Assembly (NCBI GenBank): GCA_038212275.1
Contig: JBBQUR010000025.1
Coordinates: 1 to 63,682 of the forward strand
Length of the DNA: 63,682 bases
Origin: Planctomycetota bacterium
GTDB lineage: Bacteria > Planctomycetota > B15-G4
Direction of reading: 5' to 3'
The position numbers and the translations under genes were made by a program. Below are positions 35,377-44,696 of this stretch, in pieces. Every line of letters begins with the position of its first letter. The first letter of the stretch is position 1. A model generated the notes under the pieces. That model had not been told where the DNA came from. It did no database searches and worked only from the letters and a program-made list of their open reading frames with translations.

Positions 35377-38079
35377 CTACTGGACCGTGACCTGGATGGG
35401 CTGCGCCACCGACGAGCCGTCGGGGAGAATCGCGTAGATCTTCGCGCTGCCGATGCCGACGGCGTCCAGCACGGCCGACGCGTTGACGGTGACCACGCCC
35501 GACTTGGCGGAGTGCCAGTCGAGCAGCGTGGTCACGTCGAGCGCGCTGCCGTTGGAAAACAGGGCTATCGCACGCAGGCCGATGCGCTCACCCGGCGCGA
35601 GCAGCGGCTGCTTCGGGTCGATCTGGATGGACGTGAGCGTCGGCGGGACGCCCTGGACATGATCGAGCAGGCCCGCGGCATCCTCGGTGACCGTGATGCT
35701 GGTGGGAAACACGACCCACTTGCTGCGCTTTGCCGCCGTGGCGATGCCGCCGTAGCCGCCGACAGCGCCTCGGCCATTGAAGTATTCGTACTGGCCGGTG
35801 GCGAGGCAGTAGTCGATGCGCTTGCCGTTGGTGCCGGGCGCGATGGCCGAGAAGCAGTTCAGCAAGCCCGGGATGCCGGCCCAGAAGCCGGTCTTTGCGG
35901 GCAGCGTGTAGGTGATGCCGCCCTCGTGGATGTTCAACGGCGCGGGGCCGTGGTTCACGTAGATGCGCAGGCCGTTCGCGAAGGCCATCGCGACCGGGAT
36001 GTGCCGGAAGGTCTCCGTGCTCTCGGACACCGAGATCACCGACTCGAAGGACTTGAAGCTGCCGTCGTGCAGGTAGCGGATCGTGATCACGGGTGAGGTG
36101 AAGTAGTAGGTCTGGAGCGCATTGCTCATGAAGTACGTCTGCGCCGAACCGGGTCGCGTGATGTAGCCCTCGGTGGCCTGCTGCGTGCCGTTGGTCGTCA
36201 CGTAGCCGGCGTGCCCGTACGTGATGTTGAAGGCCTGATACAGGTCCATCGCATCCTGCGTCAGCGGAAAGATCGGCTGGCCGGTGCTCATGTTCACGAT
36301 GCCCGGTCCATCGCTCGGCCCGAAGAACCGGTCGTGGAAGCCGTTGCCGTGGTTGACCTGCTTCTGCGCGGCCACGCGCCATTCGTACTCGGGAATGATG
36401 GGCCAGTTCGTCGGAGCGCTGGGCGACCCTGCGGGCAATTGGCTGGCGCTCGTTCCCGCGCCCGTGTTGATCACGCGCTGCACGCTGTCCACGTAGCCAT
36501 ACCAGAGATATTCCTGGTTGCTGTTGACCGTGCCGATGGAGCCCTCTCCCAGCAACGGGCCTTCGATCAGGTCACGCGTGTTCCGGAAGCAGGACTTCTG
36601 CGCCGCGAAACCCTGCTTCAGCGTCTTGGCCCACGGCGAGCCGGACTGCTGATCCATGTGGTCCCCGTCCGGCGCCTTGCTGATGTTGCCGTAGGTCTGG
36701 ATGTCGACATAGGCCGCGCTCGCGCCGAGTTGCTTGAGCTCGCCGATCTCGGACTCGGCGTACTTGGCCGCAGCCTCGATGCCCAGCAGCGGGAAGCCGA
36801 GCGAGCCGTAGAGCTTCACGGTGCCGAAGGCATCGCGCACGAAGTCGTTCGGATCGTTGAAGGCCGGCGGCGCGTTCGGAGGAGCGCAGTTGAATGCGGT
36901 GTACGCGCCGACCAGGGCGCCGAACATCCGGCCCTTCGTGAGCATGGCCGCGAAGCCGGCCTGGTCCACCGCGGGCAGCCAGTCCGGCCCGACGTTGATC
37001 GTCGCGGGCGCATCGATGCCCGCGTTCGACCAGTTGAAGAGATAACCGGTGAGGTTGTACATGCCATTGGCGATGTACAGGTCGAACATGCCGCTGTAGT
37101 AGCTCCACACGTGTTCGGGCCCGTTGAAGAACATGCGGTTCACGAGCAACGTGCGATAGGGAGACGGCGGGGCCGTGGAGGTCAGCAGCACGTCCTTGAT
37201 CCTGTGCGAGACGACGACCAGGTAGGTGTCGTCGAGCGGCGCGGCGAGCAGGCCGTTGGACATCGGCTTGTACAGCGTGGAGGTCGTGTAGTAGCTGACG
37301 ATCGAGTCGGGGCCGATGCTCGGGTTGTTGAGCGTGAAGACGCCATAGTCCGCCGTGTTGCACTGGAACATGTCGAGCGCGTTGGCCATGAAGTAGTGGT
37401 CGTTGCCGAAGCTCGTCGGTTTGCGGAAGAGCACGATCGGCCAGGCCTGCGCGCCCTGCATGCGGATGAGCTTCGGCGACTCGACGCCGGTGGAGCTGCC
37501 GTAGTAGATGCCGGAGAAGTTCGCGGAGGCCACAGTGTTGAGGGTCGGGTCGAGCATGCGGACCCGCAGCGCCTTGCCCTCCTGCGTGATTTCGTAGCGC
37601 ACCGGGTGCGAACCGTAGAAATCCAGCCGGTAGTCGAGCGTCACCGTCTTCCCGCTGAACGAATGCCCGACCAGCGTGGTCTTCTTGTAGTTGTCCTTGG
37701 GAAACCAGAACAGGCCGCCCGGGTCCTTGAAGACGAAGCCGGCGCCGTCCATCGGCCAGGAGTCGCTGGAGAGCTCGCGGATGCGCAGCGAGCCGCCCGC
37801 CGTCTGCGGGTCCGACAGATCGATCTGCCAGGTGAGCACCTCGTCGCCGGAAAAGCTCAGCGAGTAGATGTTGTTGGCGAAGCTGATCGAGGTGCTGCCG
37901 GCGGCGTCGGCACCGGTGAACTGCAGCCGCTCCGCGGAGAGGTCGGTGGCGTGCGCCAGGCCCGGAAGCATGAGGAAGAGGGCGACGAGCCAGGAGAGTG
38001 CGGCAGAAATCTTCAACGGTTGGCTCGCATCAAGGGGGGAGGCCGAGGTGATTGACCTCCGCTGCGGGAAGGAGGTCAC
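35377..38079 (-). CDS. Secreted protein, possible TIM-barrel glycoside hydrolase, with C-terminal Ig-like (Big_2) domain
   Basis: Signal peptide (AHA). AYVDIQ and LLGEGS resemble GH101/129-like catalytic motifs (tentative). C-terminal LTSIQIDP...DVTTLLDWHS...VVTV...AVGIGSAKI. Confidence 0.6.
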   Translation of the reverse strand: MTSFPQRRSITSASPLDASQPLKISAALSWLVALFLMLPGLAHATDLSAERLQFTGADAAGSTSISFANNIYSLSFSGDEVLTWQIDLSDPQTAGGSLRIRELSSDSWPMDGAGFVFKDPGGLFWFPKDNYKKTTLVGHSFSGKTVTLDYRLDFYGSHPVRYEITQEGKALRVRMLDPTLNTVASANFSGIYYGSSTGVESPKLIRMQGAQAWPIVLFRKPTSFGNDHYFMANALDMFQCNTADYGVFTLNNPSIGPDSIVSYYTTSTLYKPMSNGLLAAPLDDTYLVVVSHRIKDVLLTSTAPPSPYRTLLVNRMFFNGPEHVWSYYSGMFDLYIANGMYNLTGYLFNWSNAGIDAPATINVGPDWLPAVDQAGFAAMLTKGRMFGALVGAYTAFNCAPPNAPPAFNDPNDFVRDAFGTVKLYGSLGFPLLGIEAAAKYAESEIGELKQLGASAAYVDIQTYGNISKAPDGDHMDQQSGSPWAKTLKQGFAAQKSCFRNTRDLIEGPLLGEGSIGTVNSNQEYLWYGYVDSVQRVINTGAGTSASQLPAGSPSAPTNWPIIPEYEWRVAAQKQVNHGNGFHDRFFGPSDGPGIVNMSTGQPIFPLTQDAMDLYQAFNITYGHAGYVTTNGTQQATEGYITRPGSAQTYFMSNALQTYYFTSPVITIRYLHDGSFKSFESVISVSESTETFRHIPVAMAFANGLRIYVNHGPAPLNIHEGGITYTLPAKTGFWAGIPGLLNCFSAIAPGTNGKRIDYCLATGQYEYFNGRGAVGGYGGIATAAKRSKWVVFPTSITVTEDAAGLLDHVQGVPPTLTSIQIDPKQPLLAPGERIGLRAIALFSNGSALDVTTLLDWHSAKSGVVTVNASAVLDAVGIGSAKIYAILPDGSSVAQPIQVTVQ

Positions 38080-38238
38080 GAGTCGGGCGCCCGCACAACA
38101 GCGCCCGTATGCCCGGGTTGCGCCGCGCGCCGAGGCGGGTCGTCGCGTTGACGCTGCCGCGCGGCCGTCCTATGTTGCGGCGTCGGCTCGTTGTGGCCCG
38201 CCTTGCACGCACAGAACGCCCATCCGAATCGCATTTGC

Positions 38239-40614
38239 ATGAGGACTTGCCTTCCCGCCGCCGGCCCTCGGGCGCTGCTCGCGCTGGCGTGCTTTCTGGT
38301 GCCGCCGGCCGCTGCCCAGGATCCGGGAATTCCCGGCGTCACCGCGCCGTCGGGCGGGCTCAGCCGCGAGGCCATGTGGCCCGCGCCCACCGCGGAGGAC
38401 TGGAAGCGCCCGTGCCTCATCCGCTGGCAGCGCAGTTACGAGGATGCGCTGGCCGTGTCGCAGGCCACCGGCAAGCCGATCATCGTCTGCGTGAACATGG
38501 ACGGCGAGATCGCCAGCGAGCACTACGCCGGCATCCGCTACCGCCAACCCGAGACCGCAGCCCTCTACGAACCCTACGTGTGCGTCATCGCGTCGGTCTA
38601 CCGGCACAACCCGCGCGACTACGACGAGCTGGGTCGCCGCATTCTCTGCCCGCGCTTCGGCAGCGTCACCTGCGGCGAGCACATCGCCATCGAGCCGGGC
38701 CTGTTCGACAAGTTCATGGACGGCAAGCGCATCGCGCCACGCCACATCGGCGTGAACGTGAAGGAAGGAAGCGCCGAGCTCTACGACGTCTACTACGCCT
38801 GGGACACGGACTCGGTCTTCACGGCCATCCGCGAAGGCAGCGAGGGTTTCCCGAAGCCGCCGCCCGACGACAAGGGCGATCGTTCGCCGGTCGAACTGGT
38901 GGAGAGCCCCGACAACGACGACCGCGACGCCGTGGAGGCCGCCTTCCAGCGCGGTGATGGCAGCCTGCGCGTGCGACTGCTCACGGCCGCCGTCGGGCTC
39001 GGTGCGCGCGCGCCGCTGGACCTGCTGCGGCTCGCGATCTTCGACGCCGAACCCGGGCTGGCCGCGCTGGCGCGCCAGGCGCTCGTGCAGTCGGAGTCTC
39101 CCGCCGCCATCGACCTCATCGCGGAGGCGTTGCGCACGCCGCTGGATCCGGCCGATCGCGAGGCGCTCATCGCCGCGCTGGAGCGGCTCGGCTCCACGAT
39201 GCCCCGGGCGCACACGCTGGCCCTGGTGCAGCGGGGCCTCGCGACCCGCTCGACCGCGGTGGACGGCGCGGAGTGGTCGTCGGCACTGGGCATGGTGGGG
39301 CCGCCTGCGCCCGGCCTCGACGCTGCCGTCGCCGAGGCGCGGCTCGATGACCAGGATCGCGTGCTGCGCTCCGAGGATGCGCAGGCGCACCTTCAGCTTG
39401 CCGAGGCCTTCGTCGCGCAGGCCCACTCGCTCCATCCCGACACCGAAAAGGAGTTCGTGCGCCTCGCCTGGATGGACGCGCGCCAGGCCGCGCTGGAGGC
39501 CGAGCAGCTGGGCGCCACGGGCGGTCGCGTGAGCGCCGTCATCGCACTGGCCGACGTGGCGCTCGGCCAGCGCGACGAAGCTCTCGGCCGGGCCGAGGCC
39601 GCCCTCTCCGAGCCGCTCGCGGAGCCGCTGAGCGCCGACGCGGCGACGTTGCTCGCGCTCTTCGCCGAGTCCCGGCAGCAGGCCATCGCCGCGGCCGTGC
39701 AGGCCCGCACCGACTGGCCCGCGCAGTGGCTCGCCGACGTGGACGCCGCCTACTCCGTGCTCGCGCAGCATCCCGAGGGCACCGACGTGCAGGTCGCGAT
39801 GCACTGCGACATCCTGGCGTGGCTCGGTGCTCCGGGTCAGGCCGCCCGCGCGCTGGACGAAGGCCTGCAGCGCTTCCCGGACTCGCCGCTGCTGCACGAG
39901 CGCCTGCGACGTCGCGTGCTGCAGGAGAACCGGCTCGGCGGCATCGAGGCGGTCTACGAGTCGATGCTCGCGTCCCGGGCAGCCGAGGCCGCGGCAACGC
40001 CGGGCGGCGCACCCTACGCGACCTCGACTGCGGTGCCTGGCGCGGGCCGCGACCTGCAGTGGTTTGCGGGTTACGCCTCGCGCGAGGCCGCGGAGTATCA
40101 CCGCCGCGCGGGTCGCGTCGACGAGGCGCTGGCCGCCTATGATCGCGACATCGCGCACTTCGAGCAGTTCATCGCCACGGAGCCCGAGCGCCGTGCGAGT
40201 GCGGATGCCGAGATCGCGCTGGCGCTTGCCGGTCGTGCGCGCCTCGCCTTCGAGCGCGGCGACGACGAGGCGGCGCTTGCGGCGCTGCTGGCCAGCTTCG
40301 AACGCTCGCCGGAGTCGGCTGGAAACCTCGATGGCCTCAACACGTCGGCGGCGGACACGTCGCGCCTGCTGATGGCACGCCTCGAGCAGAGCGGCCAGAG
40401 CGATAGCGGCCAGAGCGAGAGCGGCCAGAGCGAGAGCGGGCAGGGCGAGAGTGGCCAGGCCGGTCGCGACGATCTGCGCGCGACGCTGCAGGCCGCGCTC
40501 GGCCGGCTCGACCCGAAGGTGCTCGCGCCGCCCGAATACGAGCGCGTGATTCCAGGCACGCCCGGCAACGACGGCCGTCCGCCGCGCCGCCGGGGCGTCC
40601 GACCGGGGGGCTGA
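38239..40614 (+). CDS. Secreted hypothetical protein: thioredoxin-like N-terminus plus helical (HEAT/TPR-like) repeats
   Basis: Signal peptide; IRWQRSYEDALAVSQATGKPIIVCVN (thioredoxin-like pattern); Ala-rich helical repeats. Confidence 0.65.
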   Translation: MRTCLPAAGPRALLALACFLVPPAAAQDPGIPGVTAPSGGLSREAMWPAPTAEDWKRPCLIRWQRSYEDALAVSQATGKPIIVCVNMDGEIASEHYAGIRYRQPETAALYEPYVCVIASVYRHNPRDYDELGRRILCPRFGSVTCGEHIAIEPGLFDKFMDGKRIAPRHIGVNVKEGSAELYDVYYAWDTDSVFTAIREGSEGFPKPPPDDKGDRSPVELVESPDNDDRDAVEAAFQRGDGSLRVRLLTAAVGLGARAPLDLLRLAIFDAEPGLAALARQALVQSESPAAIDLIAEALRTPLDPADREALIAALERLGSTMPRAHTLALVQRGLATRSTAVDGAEWSSALGMVGPPAPGLDAAVAEARLDDQDRVLRSEDAQAHLQLAEAFVAQAHSLHPDTEKEFVRLAWMDARQAALEAEQLGATGGRVSAVIALADVALGQRDEALGRAEAALSEPLAEPLSADAATLLALFAESRQQAIAAAVQARTDWPAQWLADVDAAYSVLAQHPEGTDVQVAMHCDILAWLGAPGQAARALDEGLQRFPDSPLLHERLRRRVLQENRLGGIEAVYESMLASRAAEAAATPGGAPYATSTAVPGAGRDLQWFAGYASREAAEYHRRAGRVDEALAAYDRDIAHFEQFIATEPERRASADAEIALALAGRARLAFERGDDEAALAALLASFERSPESAGNLDGLNTSAADTSRLLMARLEQSGQSDSGQSESGQSESGQGESGQAGRDDLRATLQAALGRLDPKVLAPPEYERVIPGTPGNDGRPPRRRGVRPGG
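40390..40458 (+). repeat. In-frame 15-bp tandem repeat (SGQSE-like, ~4.5 copies)
   Basis: AGCGGCCAGAGCGAK units. Confidence 0.85.
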
Positions 40615-40623
40615 GGCGCGGCC

Positions 40624-40872
40624 TCATCCGCTCCAGCCGTGCTCGGCGATCAGCGCGAGGACGCGGCGTCGCACCTCGTCGCGGATCGCGCGCACCGCGT
40701 CGGCGCCCTGGCCCCCGGGATCCTGAAGCGGCCAGTCGTCGCGCTGCAGGCCGGGCACCACGGGGCATTGCTCGCCGCAGCCCATCGTGACGAGCGGGCT
40801 CGCGCCCTGCGCGAATTCCGCGGTGAGGCGCTGCGGTCGAGCGCCCGTGCATCGAACGGACACTCCGGACAT
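40624..40872 (-). pseudogene. arsC: Arsenate reductase/LMW-PTP (ArsC-like) C-terminal fragment
   Basis: LVTMGCGEQCPVVPG...DDWPLQDP...VRAIRDEVRRRV is present. The N-terminal C-x5-R P-loop is absent and there is no room for it before 40932. Confidence 0.78.
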
Positions 40873-40931
40873 GGAACCGCGGAATCATCGGGCAGGCGCC
40901 GGATGATTCCGCGGTTCGTGAGCGCCGGGCC

Positions 40932-43262
40932 TTACGGGCCGAGCGTCAGTCGCAGGCCGTCGCTGAAGGCGAAGCCGAAGTGCGCGGCCGGGTCGCTCTG
41001 CACGGACTGCAGATAGACGGACAGGCCGGAGAGCACCGGGTCGTTCGGCACGGCCCACAGCAGGTTCAGTCCGCTGGGCGGCATCGGCAGCGCCAGCGAG
41101 AGCAGGAGCTCGGTCAGCAGCGCGCCGCCCTTGTTCGTGGGCAGGTTGGCCTGCTCCGTCGACATGAGCAGGAAGACCGACGCATTGTTGCCCGAACTGT
41201 TGCCCAGCAGGAGGCTCACGCTCGTGCCGAGCGACGGATTTCCCAGCGCGATGAACGCCGGCACGGCGCCGTTGGTGCCCGGATAGCCGAAGCCGTAGTT
41301 GCCCCAGTTGGCCTTGCGCGTGACCGTCACCGTGCCGAGGTTGCTGTCGGTGAAGGTGTCGAAGGCCGCGTAGGTGAAGGTGTCCGTCCCGGCGAAACCC
41401 GGATCCGGGATGTACGTGGCGAGAGAACCCGAGAGCCCCACGCGCCCGTGGCTCGGCTGGCGCACGATGCGCCTCGTGAGCGCATTGCCGTTCTGGTCCG
41501 TTGCGGAAAGCGTCAGAGCCACCGGAACATCGGCGACGGTGATCGCTGCATTGCTCACGATGGCCGGCGTGTTGGGCGATGCGTTCTCGCTGCCCGGGCC
41601 GTTGTGGCACGAGTAGCAGCTCACACGGAAGCCCTGCCAGAAGTTCTTCGTGCCGAAGGCGTTGAACGTCCGGTTGCCCTTGGTGGCGGAGAGCAGCGTG
41701 CCGCGATAGTCGGCGCCGTGACACTTCGCGCACTGCGCCGCGCCGCCGTTCTCGACGATGTCACCGTGGCCGCTGACCCAGCCGCTGCCGGTGGGGTGCA
41801 TGCCGTGCGGGCCGCCCGTCACCGTACTGGGCTGCGTCGCGTGGCATGCGGTGCAGTCGGTGATCACGCCGTCGTGGCCCTGCAGCGCGATCACGCCGAG
41901 GTTGTCGTTCGGATGGGCGGCGGGATATTCCGCGTGCGTCGAGCCGTGGCAGCTCTCGCAGAGCAGGCCGCCATGGCCTTCCGAAAGCTTGTAGAGCGAC
42001 TTGCCCGGCAGCGGCGTGTTCGGGTTGGTCGCGAAGGTCTGGTCCACGGCGACGCGCGGCAGGCCGTTGGTGTCGAAGGCATCGGTGAAGACGATCTGGC
42101 CGTTGTTGTGCGTGGCCGTGCCCGTGTGGCAATTCTGGCAGCTGGGCTCATCGAGCCAGCCATCGCGCGCCGGTGCGCCGACGGTGTTCATGCTGCCGTG
42201 GCAGCTCTGGCACTGCATGGACAGCTCGCCGTTGGGAGCGACGGCTGAACCCATGACGCCGCGCAGGCAGCGCGTCGAGGAACCCGGATGGCAGCGGTAG
42301 CAGGCCTCGCGATTCTCGTTGGCCTCGAGCGTCATCCCGTTGGTCGGGTCGAGCACGAAGGCGTGCCCTGCGTGCATGGCCGCCGTCAGCTTGGAAATGG
42401 GCGCGATGCCCGTGCCCGGCAGCGCGTTGCTGCCATGGCAGCTTGCGCAAAGAACGGGCTTGGCCAGGGCCACGACGCTCGCTTCGAGGCCGGCCGAGCT
42501 GAAGCCTGCCTGCGCCAGCGACGACGTGTAGAGCGGCGTGCCGAGCTGGTACTCGTCGTGCAGCCGCAGGATGTTCAGCCGGAAGTCGCGCTCGCTCTTG
42601 TTGTCGTAGACCCAGCCGGTCGACGGCATGGCCGCGGGGCCGGAGCCGCTGGCGTGACAGGCGCGGCAGTCGAGCTCGTCCGAGACCGGCAGGACCGGCG
42701 TGGTGCTCGCGATCGCGACGCCGCTGTTGTTGCGCGCGACGATCTTCATCAGCGGGTAGGTGCGCTTGTGGCCGAGGTCGTCGTACGGCGAGAGCGGCAC
42801 GCCCACGGCGGTCCACGCGCTGGCCGTCGCATCCCAGGTCATCGGCTGGGGCGTGTTGCCGGGACCCGGCATGTTGTGGCCGGCCAGGCCCGTGTTGGGC
42901 ACCGGCGAGGCTCCGTAGAGCTGCTGCGACCAGAGCCAGAAGTTGGTCTTGCCCACGGAGGTGGTGTTGATCGAGCCGGTCGGGTCGGCGACGGCTTCGT
43001 AAGTGAGCGTGTAGCCGGCCGGGTTCGTGATCAGGTTGCCCGATGAGTCCATGAGCTGGGCGTAGACATTGTTGAACGGCGGCAGGATGGAGAAGACCGA
43101 GTAGTCGCTGTCCATACAGTGCATGCCGAGGTCATTCCAGGCCACGACCTTGAAGCCCGCAGCCACAGCCGGCAACGGCGCCGACGCAGCAAAGAGCGGG
43201 AGACTCCCCAGTGCGATGGTCGCCAGGGCCAGCCTGAATGACAGCGAGTTCATGAACTTCAT
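40932..43262 (-). CDS. Secreted nonaheme c-type cytochrome with Ig/cadherin-like and C-terminal beta module
   Basis: Nine CxxCH motifs (CRACH, CASCH, CYRCH, CQSCH, CQNCH, CESCH, CTACH, CAKCH, CYSCH); N-terminal WNDLGMHC...FSILPP; ATYIPDPGFAGTDTFTY. Confidence 0.92.
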   Translation of the reverse strand: MKFMNSLSFRLALATIALGSLPLFAASAPLPAVAAGFKVVAWNDLGMHCMDSDYSVFSILPPFNNVYAQLMDSSGNLITNPAGYTLTYEAVADPTGSINTTSVGKTNFWLWSQQLYGASPVPNTGLAGHNMPGPGNTPQPMTWDATASAWTAVGVPLSPYDDLGHKRTYPLMKIVARNNSGVAIASTTPVLPVSDELDCRACHASGSGPAAMPSTGWVYDNKSERDFRLNILRLHDEYQLGTPLYTSSLAQAGFSSAGLEASVVALAKPVLCASCHGSNALPGTGIAPISKLTAAMHAGHAFVLDPTNGMTLEANENREACYRCHPGSSTRCLRGVMGSAVAPNGELSMQCQSCHGSMNTVGAPARDGWLDEPSCQNCHTGTATHNNGQIVFTDAFDTNGLPRVAVDQTFATNPNTPLPGKSLYKLSEGHGGLLCESCHGSTHAEYPAAHPNDNLGVIALQGHDGVITDCTACHATQPSTVTGGPHGMHPTGSGWVSGHGDIVENGGAAQCAKCHGADYRGTLLSATKGNRTFNAFGTKNFWQGFRVSCYSCHNGPGSENASPNTPAIVSNAAITVADVPVALTLSATDQNGNALTRRIVRQPSHGRVGLSGSLATYIPDPGFAGTDTFTYAAFDTFTDSNLGTVTVTRKANWGNYGFGYPGTNGAVPAFIALGNPSLGTSVSLLLGNSSGNNASVFLLMSTEQANLPTNKGGALLTELLLSLALPMPPSGLNLLWAVPNDPVLSGLSVYLQSVQSDPAAHFGFAFSDGLRLTLGP

Positions 43263-43453
43263 GATGTGTGTCCTTGGATCGAGTGAAGTGGGCGAGCGCA
43301 GGACGTGCGAACAACAAGAGATGAGCAAGCCGCGTGCCGTCGCGGCGCCGTGGGCGACACGGCATGCGGCTTGCTCACCTCTTGTTGTCTGCCTCGCGCC
43401 GCGGCGAGCTCTCCGCCGCGCGGTGCCCGGCCCCTCCCGAAAGCGTGATCCCC

Positions 43454-44641
43454 ATGCTGTCCCGCCCCGTGCGTCTCACGGCCCTTGCCCTTCTCCTTGC
43501 CCTGGTTTCGGCGCTGCAGGCGCCGCGCGTCGCGGCCGCGCCGTTGATTGCGCCGTTGATTGCGCCGCTGACCGCGCCGTTGATTGCGCCGCTGACTGCG
43601 CCGCTGACTGCGCCGCTGACCGCGCCGTTGACCGCGCCGTTGATTGCGCCGCTCACCGCATGGACGGCGTTGCCGCCCGCGGAAGGTGTGCAGCCCTCCG
43701 AGGCGAGCCTCGGCACGCAGCTCACCATCACCGGCTCGGGCTTCGGCCTCGCCAAGCCGAAGGTGCTGCTGCAGTCCACGACCACGACGAAACACCCTGC
43801 GCTCAAGGTGCTGAGCTTCAACGACACCACGGTGGTGGCGCGGCTCGACAAGAAGGTTGCGCCCGGCACGTGGGACGTCGTCGTGCAGCCGAAGGGCAAG
43901 GGCAGCCAGCCCGTCGTGTTCGCGAACGCGCTGAGCATCCGCGCGCCGCAGTTCCTGGCGCTCGATCCGCCGGAAGCCGCGCCGGGGGACACGGTCGCCC
44001 TGCACGGCCGCTACTTCGGCACGACCAAGGGCAGCGTGAAGATCGGCGGCAAGGCGGCCAAGGTCCTGTCGTGGACGGACACGCAGGTGAATTGTCAGGT
44101 GCCTTCCAAGCTGACGCCCGGCGGATGGGACCTGCTGCTGAAGAACAAGCTCGGCACGTTCACGGAACCGTGCGCTCTCATCGTGCCCGGCGCAGGCGGC
44201 TTGTTCGGCGCGTGCCCGGACAAGGTCACCGCGCTGCTCGGCAGCACGCAGTTCTCCGCCTCGGGCTTCCTCTCGGTGTTCGGCTTCGGCGTCATGGGGG
44301 TGCCCGACCAGCTCATCGTCGTCGGCGTCCAGGCGGGCCCGCCGCGCATGCAGCTGCAGCTCGTCATACCCTTCGACGTGACGATGCCGCACACCGCCAG
44401 CATCGCGGGCGACCTGCACGGCTTCCTGCGTGTGGAGCAGGGCGGCGGCCTCTTCGATCCGGCCACCACCGTGTGGACCACCGAGGGGCAGGGCAACGAC
44501 TACGCCGTGGAGGTCACGGGCGTCGCGGGTGGCAAGGTCACGGGTCATCTGCAGGGCCTGCTGATGCGCGTGCAAGGCGCCGACGGAGCGCCGTCGCTGC
44601 AGATCCCGGATGGCACGTTCCGCGTGACCATCGGCCCGTGA
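43454..44641 (+). CDS. Secreted IPT/TIG-domain protein
   Basis: Signal peptide and two IPT-like units (GTQLTITGSGFG; PGDTVALHGRYFGTTKGSVKIGG...SWTDTQVNCQVP). Confidence 0.8.
   Translation: MLSRPVRLTALALLLALVSALQAPRVAAAPLIAPLIAPLTAPLIAPLTAPLTAPLTAPLTAPLIAPLTAWTALPPAEGVQPSEASLGTQLTITGSGFGLAKPKVLLQSTTTTKHPALKVLSFNDTTVVARLDKKVAPGTWDVVVQPKGKGSQPVVFANALSIRAPQFLALDPPEAAPGDTVALHGRYFGTTKGSVKIGGKAAKVLSWTDTQVNCQVPSKLTPGGWDLLLKNKLGTFTEPCALIVPGAGGLFGACPDKVTALLGSTQFSASGFLSVFGFGVMGVPDQLIVVGVQAGPPRMQLQLVIPFDVTMPHTASIAGDLHGFLRVEQGGGLFDPATTVWTTEGQGNDYAVEVTGVAGGKVTGHLQGLLMRVQGADGAPSLQIPDGTFRVTIGP
43538..43657 (+). repeat. In-frame 12-bp VNTR x10 (APLI/APLT)
   Basis: Ten 12-bp units of consensus GCGCCGYTGAYY. 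Confidence 0.95.
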
Positions 44642-44696
44642 CCTGACCGGCCGGACGGAGCGGAATCGCCGCGCGAGTCGCTATCCTCGCGCGGCG

